A stretch of DNA of 64,000 nt. Origin: an uncultured virus (IMG/VR IMGVR_UViG_3300010340_000980) (taxonomy: Duplodnaviria > Heunggongvirae > Uroviricota > Caudoviricetes). Positions 9,727-16,592 of the stretch are shown in pieces (position 1 is the stretch's first letter; each line of letters starts with the position of its first letter). The notes below the pieces were generated by a model that was not told the origin of the DNA, did not search any database, and saw only the letters and a list, made by a program, of their open reading frames with translations. The position numbers and the translations under genes were made by a program. The DNA is taken from IMG/VR virus record IMGVR_UViG_3300010340_000980. One strand, 5' to 3'.

Positions 9727-10548
9727 TCAAGAGTTTATCCACCTCCTTATTGTGCTTCTGGTAACACCATATTTTTTTCCAACTTCTGTATAGTTTGATA
9801 GTTCAACTTCTTTGATTAAATCTTTTTTATTTGGTCTCTTTATTTTTCTTCTTTCTAAATCTTGACAATTTCTACATCTTTTTGATTTGTAAGAAATCAC
9901 ATTTCCACAAGAACATTTTGGTTTTTTACTTTCTATATTTCTACCGGCAAATGTTTCAAGTGTTGAATTGCAATTTGGACAAATTATTTGAAGATTTTCT
10001 ATTCTATTATCATTATTTATCCCATTTATATGATCTATTATCAGTGACATTTTTTTACCATGCCAATTCTCATCCTGACCACATAATTCGCATTTCCTCT
10101 CTTTTATTTTCTCCTCAAAGAGTCTTCTTTTAAGTGTTGATCTATCGTAATTCGAATTTTCTGTAAGAACTTCTGATAGTTTAACTTTTTCTTTTTTACC
10201 AAATCTGCTTCTTTTATTGAAAGACTCGAAATGTGAAATATCAATATTATATTTTTTGATATATTTATTTAGAGTTCTGAAATTACAACCGTGTGGTGTT
10301 AAACTCATTTTTATTAGAACATCAGTTTGATTAATTGACTCAGATATAAGCTTCGATAGATTATCTTTTTGCCAATGGTCTTTAACATAATCAAATTTGA
10401 AATTAATTTCATATTTTTCTAAATAAAATTTTAACGAATTATAGGAGGAGGCACCAACCTTTAATCCTAGTTTTTCAATTACTTCCTTAAATGTAGAAGA
10501 ACCTTCAACACATTTTTCCAAATTTTCTCTTGTCCATCTCTTTTCCAT
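9727..10548 (-). CDS. HNH homing endonuclease
   Basis: CELCG...DHING..NDNR.ENL...CPNC; C-terminal HTH. Confidence 0.9.
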   Translation of the reverse strand: MEKRWTRENLEKCVEGSSTFKEVIEKLGLKVGASSYNSLKFYLEKYEINFKFDYVKDHWQKDNLSKLISESINQTDVLIKMSLTPHGCNFRTLNKYIKKYNIDISHFESFNKRSRFGKKEKVKLSEVLTENSNYDRSTLKRRLFEEKIKERKCELCGQDENWHGKKMSLIIDHINGINNDNRIENLQIICPNCNSTLETFAGRNIESKKPKCSCGNVISYKSKRCRNCQDLERRKIKRPNKKDLIKEVELSNYTEVGKKYGVTRSTIRRWINS

Positions 10549-10616
10549 TATGTAGTGTTTTTTAAGTATATATTAAAATGGTGACTTAAAAACCGTTATT
10601 TATTGTTCCCAAATTG

Positions 10617-10687
10617 TTCCTCCATCTCGTACTGACCGAGATCCCAGTGTTTCAAAGACACTGATGCTTCCTTCACACCCTGGAGGA
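10617..10687 (-). tRNA. tRNA-Gln(UUG), atypical T-loop
   Basis: Acceptor TCCTCCA/TGGAGGA; anticodon arm AGTGT-CTTTGAA-ACACT; T-loop GTCAGTA. Confidence 0.7.
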
Positions 10688-10694
10688 GTGTTTG

Positions 10695-10768
10695 CTATCC
10701 GGGTAGGGTTTGAACCTACAAAAACTAAGGTCAAAGCTTAGTGCGTCTGCCAATTTCGCCACCGGACA
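10695..10768 (-). tRNA. tRNA-Gln(UUG)
   Basis: Acceptor TGTCCGG/CCGGATA; anticodon arm CTAAG-CTTTGAC-CTTAG; GGTTCAAACCC T-arm. Confidence 0.9.
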
Positions 10769-10775
10769 ATATTAG

Positions 10776-10848
10776 ATGCTCTGACAGGGTATGATCCTGT
10801 AATATCTGAGTCAAAGTCAGATGTGATAGCCAATTTCACCACAGAGCA
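10776..10848 (-). tRNA. tRNA-Gln(UUG)
   Basis: Acceptor TGCTCTG/CAGAGCA; anticodon arm TCTGA-CTTTGAC-TCAGA; T-loop ATCATAC. Confidence 0.85.
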
Positions 10849-10850
10849 AT

Positions 10851-10883
10851 AAAAAACCCGAATCAATTAGATTGATTCGGGTT
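10851..10883 (-). terminator. attenuator terminator upstream of the tRNA-Gln cluster
   Basis: AACCCGAATCAAT-CTA-ATTGATTCGGGTT followed by a U-tract ending 2 nt before the first tRNA. Confidence 0.9.
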
Positions 10884-10912
10884 CAGTACTTTTAGACAAT
10901 ACTATACCATTA

Positions 10913-10966
10913 TCAATCTGTTCGATTAATTTGTTGTTGCTGTTGGTATTGAGTAAAAGTTGTCAT
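10913..10966 (-). CDS. Gln-rich attenuator leader peptide MTTFTQYQQQQQINRTD
   Basis: 17-aa uORF with 6 Gln codons (5 CAA, 1 CAG); its stop overlaps AGATTGAT, which is complementary to the terminator 5' arm. Confidence 0.85.
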   Translation of the reverse strand: MTTFTQYQQQQQINRTD

Positions 10967-10970
10967 ATTG

Positions 10971-11012
10971 TTTATATATTTTTTATTATGTCTTTGTTTT
11001 ACAAATATACGG
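10971..11012 (-). promoter_or_regulatory. tandem host-type (TAtaTTTG) and AATATATA promoter boxes of the Gln leader
   Basis: ccgTATATTTGtaa ... aAATATATAaacaatATG. Confidence 0.65.
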
Positions 11013-11019
11013 ATTTTTA

Positions 11020-11529
11020 TTAAAAAATGTCTTCAACAATTTTCTTAAAAGTATTCATCAATATATCTAAATTAATATTTTCTTTAAATAAAATAAATGA
11101 TTGATTTCCATTTTCAACATTTGTGTATAATTTATAACTATAGTCTTTTTCTATTTCTTTAGAAAATCTCCAATACAGTTTTTTTCTACCTTCTGATTCA
11201 TCTAAAGATCCAAAAATTAAAGCATCTGGATCCTTAGTCTCAATCAAGTACTTCATTCCTTTTCTAACGGTTGATAAAACTGACATCTTACCGGTATTAA
11301 AATTAGTAAGTCCTGGATTCATAACATTTGTATTTTGATCATATAAATAAAATTTATAAGTCCAAATATTATTATCTCTGTTAATACAGTCTATTTGATA
11401 AACTTTTTCATCTACTGAAAAAAGACCTATCAGTTTATTAGACCTCTCAATCCATCTAATTTCTACATCAGAATCATAAGATTCTTTTAATTTGTCAAAA
11501 AAGATTTCAAGACTTTTAATGATTTTCAT
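11020..11529 (-). CDS. hypothetical protein
   Basis: 169-aa ORF; ends with an R.KLY motif region loosely similar to 7559..8092. Confidence 0.65.
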   Translation of the reverse strand: MKIIKSLEIFFDKLKESYDSDVEIRWIERSNKLIGLFSVDEKVYQIDCINRDNNIWTYKFYLYDQNTNVMNPGLTNFNTGKMSVLSTVRKGMKYLIETKDPDALIFGSLDESEGRKKLYWRFSKEIEKDYSYKLYTNVENGNQSFILFKENINLDILMNTFKKIVEDIF

Positions 11530-11554
11530 TTCATATATATCATTTTTCTATTTG

Positions 11555-11642
11555 TGTAGATGTGAGGAGTCGAACCTCAATTTACCTTACGGGAATCGAA
11601 CCCATACGGATGCCTCCGTTAAGTCACCAGACTACATCTACA
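11555..11642 (-). ncRNA. tRNA-like RNA with two T-arms and no anticodon loop
   Basis: Acceptor GTAGATG/CATCTAC-A, short D-arm, ACGGA-GGCA-TCCGT hairpin, then GGGTTCGATTCCC and GAGGTTCGACTCCTC. Confidence 0.55.
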
Positions 11643-12246
11643 TTATAATTATTTGTTTAATTTTATTTTTTATATTTTTACCACCATTTGTTTCTAATGT
11701 TGCATTGCAATTTGGACAAACAATTCTTAAATTTTCTAACCTATTATCGTCATTTACACCATTTATATGATCAAGAATTAAAGACATTTTTTTACCTCTC
11801 CAATTTTCATCTTGACCACATAATTCACACTCTTTCTTTTTAATTTCATTGCTAAATAAAACTTGTTTTATTTTTCTTCTGTCTGTAATAGAATTTTCTA
11901 CAAAAATATCATTTAATTTAGTGTTTGAATTCTTTTTTCTTTCTATATAAAAATGTGAAGTTTCTAATTTTTTTATTTTTATCCATTTTTTAATGGTATT
12001 TCTGTTACCGCCTGTTGTCTTTAATTTTAAATTTCTACATATATCAACTAAGTTTTTTGACTCTAAAACCACCTTATCAAACTCTTCACTTTCATAAAAT
12101 GAAGATGAATTAAATTTTAATCCAAGTTTCTTTGCTTTATTACCAATAGATCTTGGTGTTCTATTTAATTCCTCTGATAAAATTGTTGGTCCTTTAATTT
12201 CATAAAAATCAATCAATATTCTAATTTCAACCTCTGTCCAGTTCAT
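11638..12246 (-). CDS. HNH homing endonuclease
   Basis: CELCGQDENW..KKMSLILDHING.NDDNRLENLRIVCPNC; paralog of 9727..10548. Confidence 0.9.
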   Translation of the reverse strand: MNWTEVEIRILIDFYEIKGPTILSEELNRTPRSIGNKAKKLGLKFNSSSFYESEEFDKVVLESKNLVDICRNLKLKTTGGNRNTIKKWIKIKKLETSHFYIERKKNSNTKLNDIFVENSITDRRKIKQVLFSNEIKKKECELCGQDENWRGKKMSLILDHINGVNDDNRLENLRIVCPNCNATLETNGGKNIKNKIKQIIIM

Positions 12247-12306
12247 AACTTTTTTCTTTTATATATTAAAAAATACTTACACCCTGGACAGAGTTTGAAA
12301 GGTCAG

Positions 12307-12380
12307 CGGACATGAAGGGATTCGAACCCTCGATCTTCTCAGTGACAGTGAGATATGTTAGGCCTCTACACCACACGTCC
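12307..12380 (-). tRNA. tRNA-Asp(GUC)
   Basis: GGACGTG/CATGTCC-G; anticodon arm TCTCA-CTGTCAC-TGAGA; GGTTCGAATCC. Confidence 0.92.
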
Positions 12381-12386
12381 GGTTAG

Positions 12387-12458
12387 TAGGGTATACCAGA
12401 TTCGTCCAAAACCAAGCGCACTAACTAACGTTAGTTAGATGGACTTTGCTAATACCCT
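12387..12458 (-). pseudogene. degenerate tRNA-Pro copy
   Basis: Ends nearly identical to the tRNA-Pro at 12742; palindrome CTAACTAACGTTAGTTAG in the D-loop; 3' anticodon strand and 5' T-stem deleted. Confidence 0.7.
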
Positions 12459-12463
12459 ATTTG

Positions 12464-12552
12464 CGGACACACCCGGACTCGAACCAGGATCTACCCCACG
12501 CACGGGGCCACTCTAACCATCGACGATTTTCGTCTAATTAAGCTATATGTCC
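12464..12552 (-). pseudogene. tRNA-Asp-like RNA with aberrant anticodon loop and D-loop hairpin insertion
   Basis: GGACATA/TGTGTCC-G acceptor; intact T-arm; GACGA-AAA-TCGTC insertion; CCCC-GTGCGT-GGGG 6-nt loop. Confidence 0.6.
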
Positions 12553-12557
12553 TTTTG

Positions 12558-12645
12558 CAGTCCCAACGGGAATCGAACCCGCTATTCAGCTTTCACCTAC
12601 TTCCTGATAGACAGTCAGGTGCACCAACCATTATGCGCTAGGACT
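12558..12645 (-). tRNA. tRNA-Asp(GUC) with long variable region
   Basis: AGTCCTA/TGGGACT-G; CCTGA-CTGTCTA-TCAGG; ~20-nt variable region. Confidence 0.8.
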
Positions 12646-12656
12646 AAATTTATTTG

Positions 12657-12736
12657 TCGCAGAGGTGAGAATCGAACTCACCACTCTAATGCTTCCAATG
12701 CACTGAGGCCTTTTTCATTACCTTGGTCACTCCGCG
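12657..12736 (-). tRNA. tRNA-Pro(UGG), atypical D-arm
   Basis: CGCGGAG/CTCTGCG-A (C1-G72, A73 Pro identity); loop ATTGGAA; GAGTTCGATTCTC. Confidence 0.7.
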
Positions 12737-12741
12737 ATATG

Positions 12742-12815
12742 TAGGGTATGCCAGATTCGAACTGACGATCTCTTGGTCCCAAACCAAGCGCGATACCGGA
12801 CTTCGCTAATACCCT
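12742..12815 (-). tRNA. tRNA-Pro(UGG)
   Basis: AGGGTAT/ATACCCT-A; CTTGG-TTTGGGA-CCAAG; CAGTTCGAATCTG. Confidence 0.9.
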
Positions 12816-12872
12816 TTTTTCTAATTCTATGCAAGGCCCAAGCCTTCTATGAATTAGTAACAGTCTCACTCG

Positions 12873-12944
12873 CAGTCCGTACGGAAATCGAATCCGCTTC
12901 TTCCGGTTGACAGCCGGATATTTATACCAACATACCCACGGACT
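12873..12944 (-). tRNA. tRNA-Asp(GUC)
   Basis: AGTCCGT/ACGGACT-G; TCCGG-CTGTCAA-CCGGA; GGATTCGATTTCC. Confidence 0.85.
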
Positions 12945-12960
12945 ATTTTTTAGATAAACT

Positions 12961-12997
12961 TACAAATATATTTCAAATTTTCTTAACTTCCAAATTT
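12961..12997 (-). promoter_or_regulatory. Bacteroidota-type promoter (-33 TTTG / -7 TAtaTTTG) directly upstream of the Asp/Pro tRNA cluster
   Basis: aaaTTTGgaag...aaaTATATTTGtaag on the minus strand. Confidence 0.6.
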
Positions 12998-13016
12998 ATT
13001 TTTACTTTTTAAAAAC

Positions 13017-13052
13017 AAAAAACCCAGTTAATCTTTTCAGACTAACTGGGTT
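13017..13052 (-). terminator. attenuator terminator upstream of the Asp/Pro tRNA cluster
   Basis: AACCCAGTTAGTCT-GAAA-AGATTAACTGGGTT followed by a U-tract. Confidence 0.9.
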
Positions 13053-13075
13053 CAGTTCTTTATAATGTCTCTACA

Positions 13076-13180
13076 TTACATAAACATGCAGTTAGCCTCT
13101 ATCGTATCAGGATCCTGATCCTGATCGACTACAACTTGTGGTTGCGGTTGGCTAACAAATATGTTTACAAATGTTTTCAT
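13076..13180 (-). CDS. attenuator leader peptide MKTFVNIFVSQPQPQVVVDQDQDPDTIEANCMFM
   Basis: 34-aa uORF rich in Pro/Asp/Gln/Val; contains AGGCTAACTG, complementary to the terminator 5' arm CAGTTAGTCT. Confidence 0.8.
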   Translation of the reverse strand: MKTFVNIFVSQPQPQVVVDQDQDPDTIEANCMFM

Positions 13181-13264
13181 TTCTTTATATATTAAAAAGT
13201 TTTTGTCTCTTTTGATTTTATATTACAAATATACGGAAAGTTTTTAAAACTTCCAAATTTATTT

Positions 13265-13606
13265 TTATTTTTTTGTAAAAATTGGTTCTGTTCTTGAACC
13301 AACTGATACCCACCTTACATTCAACTTTCCTTCTTTTACTAAAAGACTCAGACAAACTGATATCAATTTATAATGATAATAATAGTTAGGATGCAATGTG
13401 ATTACATGCTTAAATGAACTAAAGTAGTTCGTTGTTCTAACTATAGGATTAAGTGTGTTAAACTTATTCATAAAGTCTTCAATAGTAAACTCGTTTCCAA
13501 GTTTCGATTCAACAAATGGGTAAACATATCGACCAAAATAATCTGGTTGAACTTGTTCTTTTGCCCATCCTGTATAATTTGGGTTCCAAAGTGATTCGTA
13601 TTTCAT
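13265..13606 (-). CDS. hypothetical protein
   Basis: 113-aa ORF with TAtcTTTG promoter upstream. Confidence 0.65.
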   Translation of the reverse strand: MKYESLWNPNYTGWAKEQVQPDYFGRYVYPFVESKLGNEFTIEDFMNKFNTLNPIVRTTNYFSSFKHVITLHPNYYYHYKLISVCLSLLVKEGKLNVRWVSVGSRTEPIFTKK

Positions 13607-13727
13607 AACTTTAAAATTTATGAAAACTATCGTGTTTCTGTTACGCCACCACTGACTATTTTATTTTCATCAGTTATCAGTTCTGATTTCTTTTACAAAG
13701 ATAAGGAATTTTTTTGAACCACCAAAA

Positions 13728-14123
13728 TTAAATAGTATTTTTAATAATAACTCCACCTTTTGGATTATATTTTGGTAATCCAGTATGAATCTTCTTCAAA
13801 TATCTTTCATACTTTCTAAGAAGTTCTCTGATTTTTGGATCACTTGTATCATTGTAATCAAGTATACTTACTATAATTTGTTCTTTTTCATTATCTGGTG
13901 CTGATTCAATTTTTTCCTTCAGTAATGAAACCGTATCATCACTTACCCATAATTCGGATGGATTTATATATCCATCTAAAATAGATTGATAAAACTTGCT
14001 TTTTAGACCTTCTTTATTTCCAAATTTTGAATTTGCAATAATTTGAGTTTTATTAAATACTTTTTCACCAATTTTTTCTTTTAAAGAATTAATAATTTGA
14101 TCTTGTTTATTTTGTTTAGTCAT
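13728..14123 (-). CDS. hypothetical protein
   Basis: ORF; start moved to the ATG downstream of the tRNA. Confidence 0.6.
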   Translation of the reverse strand: MTKQNKQDQIINSLKEKIGEKVFNKTQIIANSKFGNKEGLKSKFYQSILDGYINPSELWVSDDTVSLLKEKIESAPDNEKEQIIVSILDYNDTSDPKIRELLRKYERYLKKIHTGLPKYNPKGGVIIKNTI

Positions 14124-14136
14124 AAATTTTAAATAG

Positions 14137-14210
14137 TGGGCCATGCTGGGTTCGAACCAGCGACCTTCTCGTTATGAGCGAGTTGCTCTGACCGACTGAG
14201 CTAAAGGCCC
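14137..14210 (-). tRNA. tRNA with CAU anticodon (probably Ile2, lysidine-modified)
   Basis: GGGCCTT/ATGGCCC-A acceptor; CTCG-CTCATAA-CGAG; body resembles ileX-type tRNAs. Confidence 0.85.
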
Positions 14211-14320
14211 TTGATTAATTTCTTTTACAAATATAATCAAAAAAGTTTACAAAAAAACATTTTTTGAAAATACTTTTCTAATATATAGTATAGAGGATAA
14301 AATAAAAAAATAACTAAACT

Positions 14321-14863
14321 ATGGAAAGGGAAGTATTAGAGAAATTTTTAGAAGATGGTTACTCATTAAACAAAATTTCAAAAGAAACTGGGAAATCATT
14401 AACTACAATAATATATTGGAAGGAGAAATATCAACTAAAATCAAATTATAAAAATTTTAAAAATCTTGAAAAAAGTGAATACGGTGAAACAAGATTTTGC
14501 CAAAGATGTCAAAAAGATGTTAAAACAGAAAATTTTTATCAAAGAAGAGGAAGAGAAAATAGCTCACCATATTGTAAACCATGTACAAATGAGCAAACAA
14601 TTGAAAGAACTAGAAAATTAAAGACTCAAATGATTAAGTATAAAGGAGGTTGTTGTGTTAGATGTGGGTATGATAAGTATCAAGGAGCTCTAGAGTTTCA
14701 TCACTTAGACCCAAAAGAGAAAGACTTCAATCCCTCACATTTAAAGAAATATTCTTTTGATGATAGAATAAAGAATGAACTTGATAAATGTATTCTTGTT
14801 TGTGCAAATTGTCACAGAGAGATACACTTCGAAATAAGTGAAAAACAAAAAGAGACACTCTAA
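14321..14863 (+). CDS. HNH homing endonuclease
   Basis: HTH, CxxC..CxxC, GGCCVRCGY....ALEFHH.DP..K....ELDKCILVCANCHRE.H. Confidence 0.9.
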   Translation: MEREVLEKFLEDGYSLNKISKETGKSLTTIIYWKEKYQLKSNYKNFKNLEKSEYGETRFCQRCQKDVKTENFYQRRGRENSSPYCKPCTNEQTIERTRKLKTQMIKYKGGCCVRCGYDKYQGALEFHHLDPKEKDFNPSHLKKYSFDDRIKNELDKCILVCANCHREIHFEISEKQKETL

Positions 14864-14877
14864 AGTGTCTCTTTTTT
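14848..14877. terminator. bidirectional terminator
   Basis: aaagagacact-ctaa-agtgtctcttt hairpin between the HNH gene and the tRNA. Confidence 0.7.
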
Positions 14878-14878
14878 G

Positions 14879-15157
14879 TGATCCCGACAGGATTCGAACC
14901 TGTGACCCACAGCTTAGACATACCACTATAGCTTTCGCTACCTATTGTTTGTGGTCTGGACTATATCATCACCTTCAACCTAGTTGTTCAGGTGCCTCCC
15001 CCTTAGTCTCTACACACTCCCTCATTTGAGGTTTGGCTCGGTATTACCATCAACATTACTTGGAAGGTTTCACCGAATTCGAGAAGTTCTATTCTAACTA
15101 TTTCTAATTAGATGCCCCCTTTGAGGCTGTTGCTCTATCCAGCTGAGCTACGAGACC
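14879..15157 (-). tRNA. tRNA-Arg(UCU) interrupted by a group I intron (exons 15157-15124 and 14918-14879)
   Basis: Spliced product GGTCTCGTAGCTCAGCTGGATAGAGCAACAGC-CT^TCTAA-GCTGTGGGTCACAGGTTCGAATCCTGTCGGGATCA. Confidence 0.9.
14919..15123 (-). mobile_element. group I self-splicing intron (IC3-like, ~205 nt) after U33
   Basis: P GAATTCGGTGAAACC, Q AATACCGAG, R GTGTAGAGACTA, S ATGATATAGTCC; P1 GCCU/GGGC with U-G wobble; terminal G. Confidence 0.9.
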
Positions 15158-15211
15158 GTTTTTTGATTGTTTCTATCTTATTACAAATGTAAGAATAAGT
15201 TTTTTAACTAC

Positions 15212-15406
15212 CTAATTTATTTTCATACTTTTTATTATCTCAATAGTTTTGGCATCACTAATTTTAGCAATTACGTCTTCCAATGCTTGGTTATATCCAT
15301 CTCTATTAGCCCATGTCAAATAGTCTGCAATTTGACCTTTTAATATGTGTGTATTAAAGTCTGCCTTATTTGAAAGGCGATCAATTAAATCTTTTAAGTT
15401 TTTCAT
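15212..15406 (-). CDS. hypothetical protein
   Basis: Short ORF with its own TAtaTTTG promoter. Confidence 0.6.
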   Translation of the reverse strand: MKNLKDLIDRLSNKADFNTHILKGQIADYLTWANRDGYNQALEDVIAKISDAKTIEIIKSMKIN

Positions 15407-15443
15407 TTTACAAATATAAGAATAAGTTTTTTAATTACCTAAT

Positions 15444-15734
15444 TTATTTTTCTTTTTCATAATCATCTGAAAAAACGCCGGTTCTAACCCACCACTTTTC
15501 AAGATTACCTTCTTTGGTTTTAACATCAACTTCAAAAATGTTCTCACCCTTATTCAACCAATTATATGGTGTTCCAAATACGGTCATATGTGTTTCAATA
15601 TCAATAATTTCATATTGATTACTAAGAGCCCATTGTTTGACATTATCTTTACCCATCTCTATTTTTGATACAAGAATAAAAATGACTAATCCAATAATAA
15701 ATATAACTCCAAAAATCTCAAATACACTTTTCAT
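15444..15734 (-). CDS. membrane-anchored hypothetical protein
   Basis: N-terminal TM helix; own TAtaTTTG promoter. Confidence 0.65.
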   Translation of the reverse strand: MKSVFEIFGVIFIIGLVIFILVSKIEMGKDNVKQWALSNQYEIIDIETHMTVFGTPYNWLNKGENIFEVDVKTKEGNLEKWWVRTGVFSDDYEKEK

Positions 15735-15755
15735 TTTACAAATATAAGGAAAAAA

Positions 15756-16157
15756 TTAGTCTATTAATTTTGATATATCTTTAACCATATTATGAGAGTT
15801 GGAATGATCGTAGACATTATTCCATAACTCAGGCATATGAATCATTTCATGAAGCTTTGATTTTGGTAAAACTTTAAATGAATTATAATAGGTGTCATAT
15901 TTACCATTATTATCTAATAGCCAGTTATCAATTTTTAATAAAATATGAGAAAACTTAACATCATAGTTGGGTTTTCCAAATGGAGGAGTATCTGATTCGA
16001 TATAAACATATTCTGGATCTATATTGAATTTTTCTTGAATTATACTACCTAAATAGTATGAAAAGGTTCCACATCCTCCAAAGTTAATATGAGGATATTT
16101 TTGATTTATTGTTGGGAGTATTTCTAGTACTTTAGAAATAATATCTATACTTTGCAT
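15756..16157 (-). CDS. hypothetical protein
   Basis: GGCG and H..L.I motifs, possibly a papain/transglutaminase-like fold. Confidence 0.6.
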   Translation of the reverse strand: MQSIDIISKVLEILPTINQKYPHINFGGCGTFSYYLGSIIQEKFNIDPEYVYIESDTPPFGKPNYDVKFSHILLKIDNWLLDNNGKYDTYYNSFKVLPKSKLHEMIHMPELWNNVYDHSNSHNMVKDISKLID

Positions 16158-16172
16158 GAAAAATGAGTGAAA

Positions 16173-16589
16173 TTAAGATGATACTTCAACACTATAAAAT
16201 TTTGGACTATTTTTAGATAGAAATTCTTTCAACATATTAAATACTTTTTCAAACTCTGGCTCTGAGTCTTTTGCGGACTCAACATCTTTTCCTAATTCAG
16301 TTAGTATAATTTCAATAAACTTATTATAGTCTTCTATATAATCTTCTTCTTTAGAATTTCTAATCTCGTCTACATAATTTGGATTATGATCATCATCTGT
16401 GATGATTGTTCCGAACACACAAGAGTATAAATCACCTTTTATTTGACCACCGTGGTAAGGAAAATCTATTTCCCAAAACTTTCCATTGATATTTTTTCCA
16501 AATTCTACATCATAATCATGTAGAAGGTTATTTAGTTCTGTATTTTCAGACACTTTATGTCCAAAACAATATAAGTTATATGTGTACAT
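16173..16589 (-). CDS. hypothetical protein
   Basis: 138-aa ORF in operon with coaD. Confidence 0.6.
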   Translation of the reverse strand: MYTYNLYCFGHKVSENTELNNLLHDYDVEFGKNINGKFWEIDFPYHGGQIKGDLYSCVFGTIITDDDHNPNYVDEIRNSKEEDYIEDYNKFIEIILTELGKDVESAKDSEPEFEKVFNMLKEFLSKNSPKFYSVEVSS

Positions 16590-16592
16590 ATT

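Noticed and set aside
12547..12869. ORFs 12547..12744 (+) and 12678..12869 (-) in the ORF track
   Set aside because: They overlap tRNA genes and are spurious
13610..13690. Possible tRNA remnant or structured 5' UTR (GGTGGCGTAAC)
   Set aside because: No cloverleaf or T-arm, and pairing is too weak to support a call
14727..15029. Short ORFs over the tRNA-Arg intron as a possible intron-encoded protein
   Set aside because: They overlap the tRNA exon, intron core and the HNH antisense strand; the 205-nt intron has no room for an ORF
15175..15445. Direct repeat ttacaaat.taagaataagttttttaa.tacctaattt at ~15181 and ~15407 as a possible mobile-element end
   Set aside because: It corresponds to a duplicated TAnnTTTG promoter module; no transposase or target-site duplication
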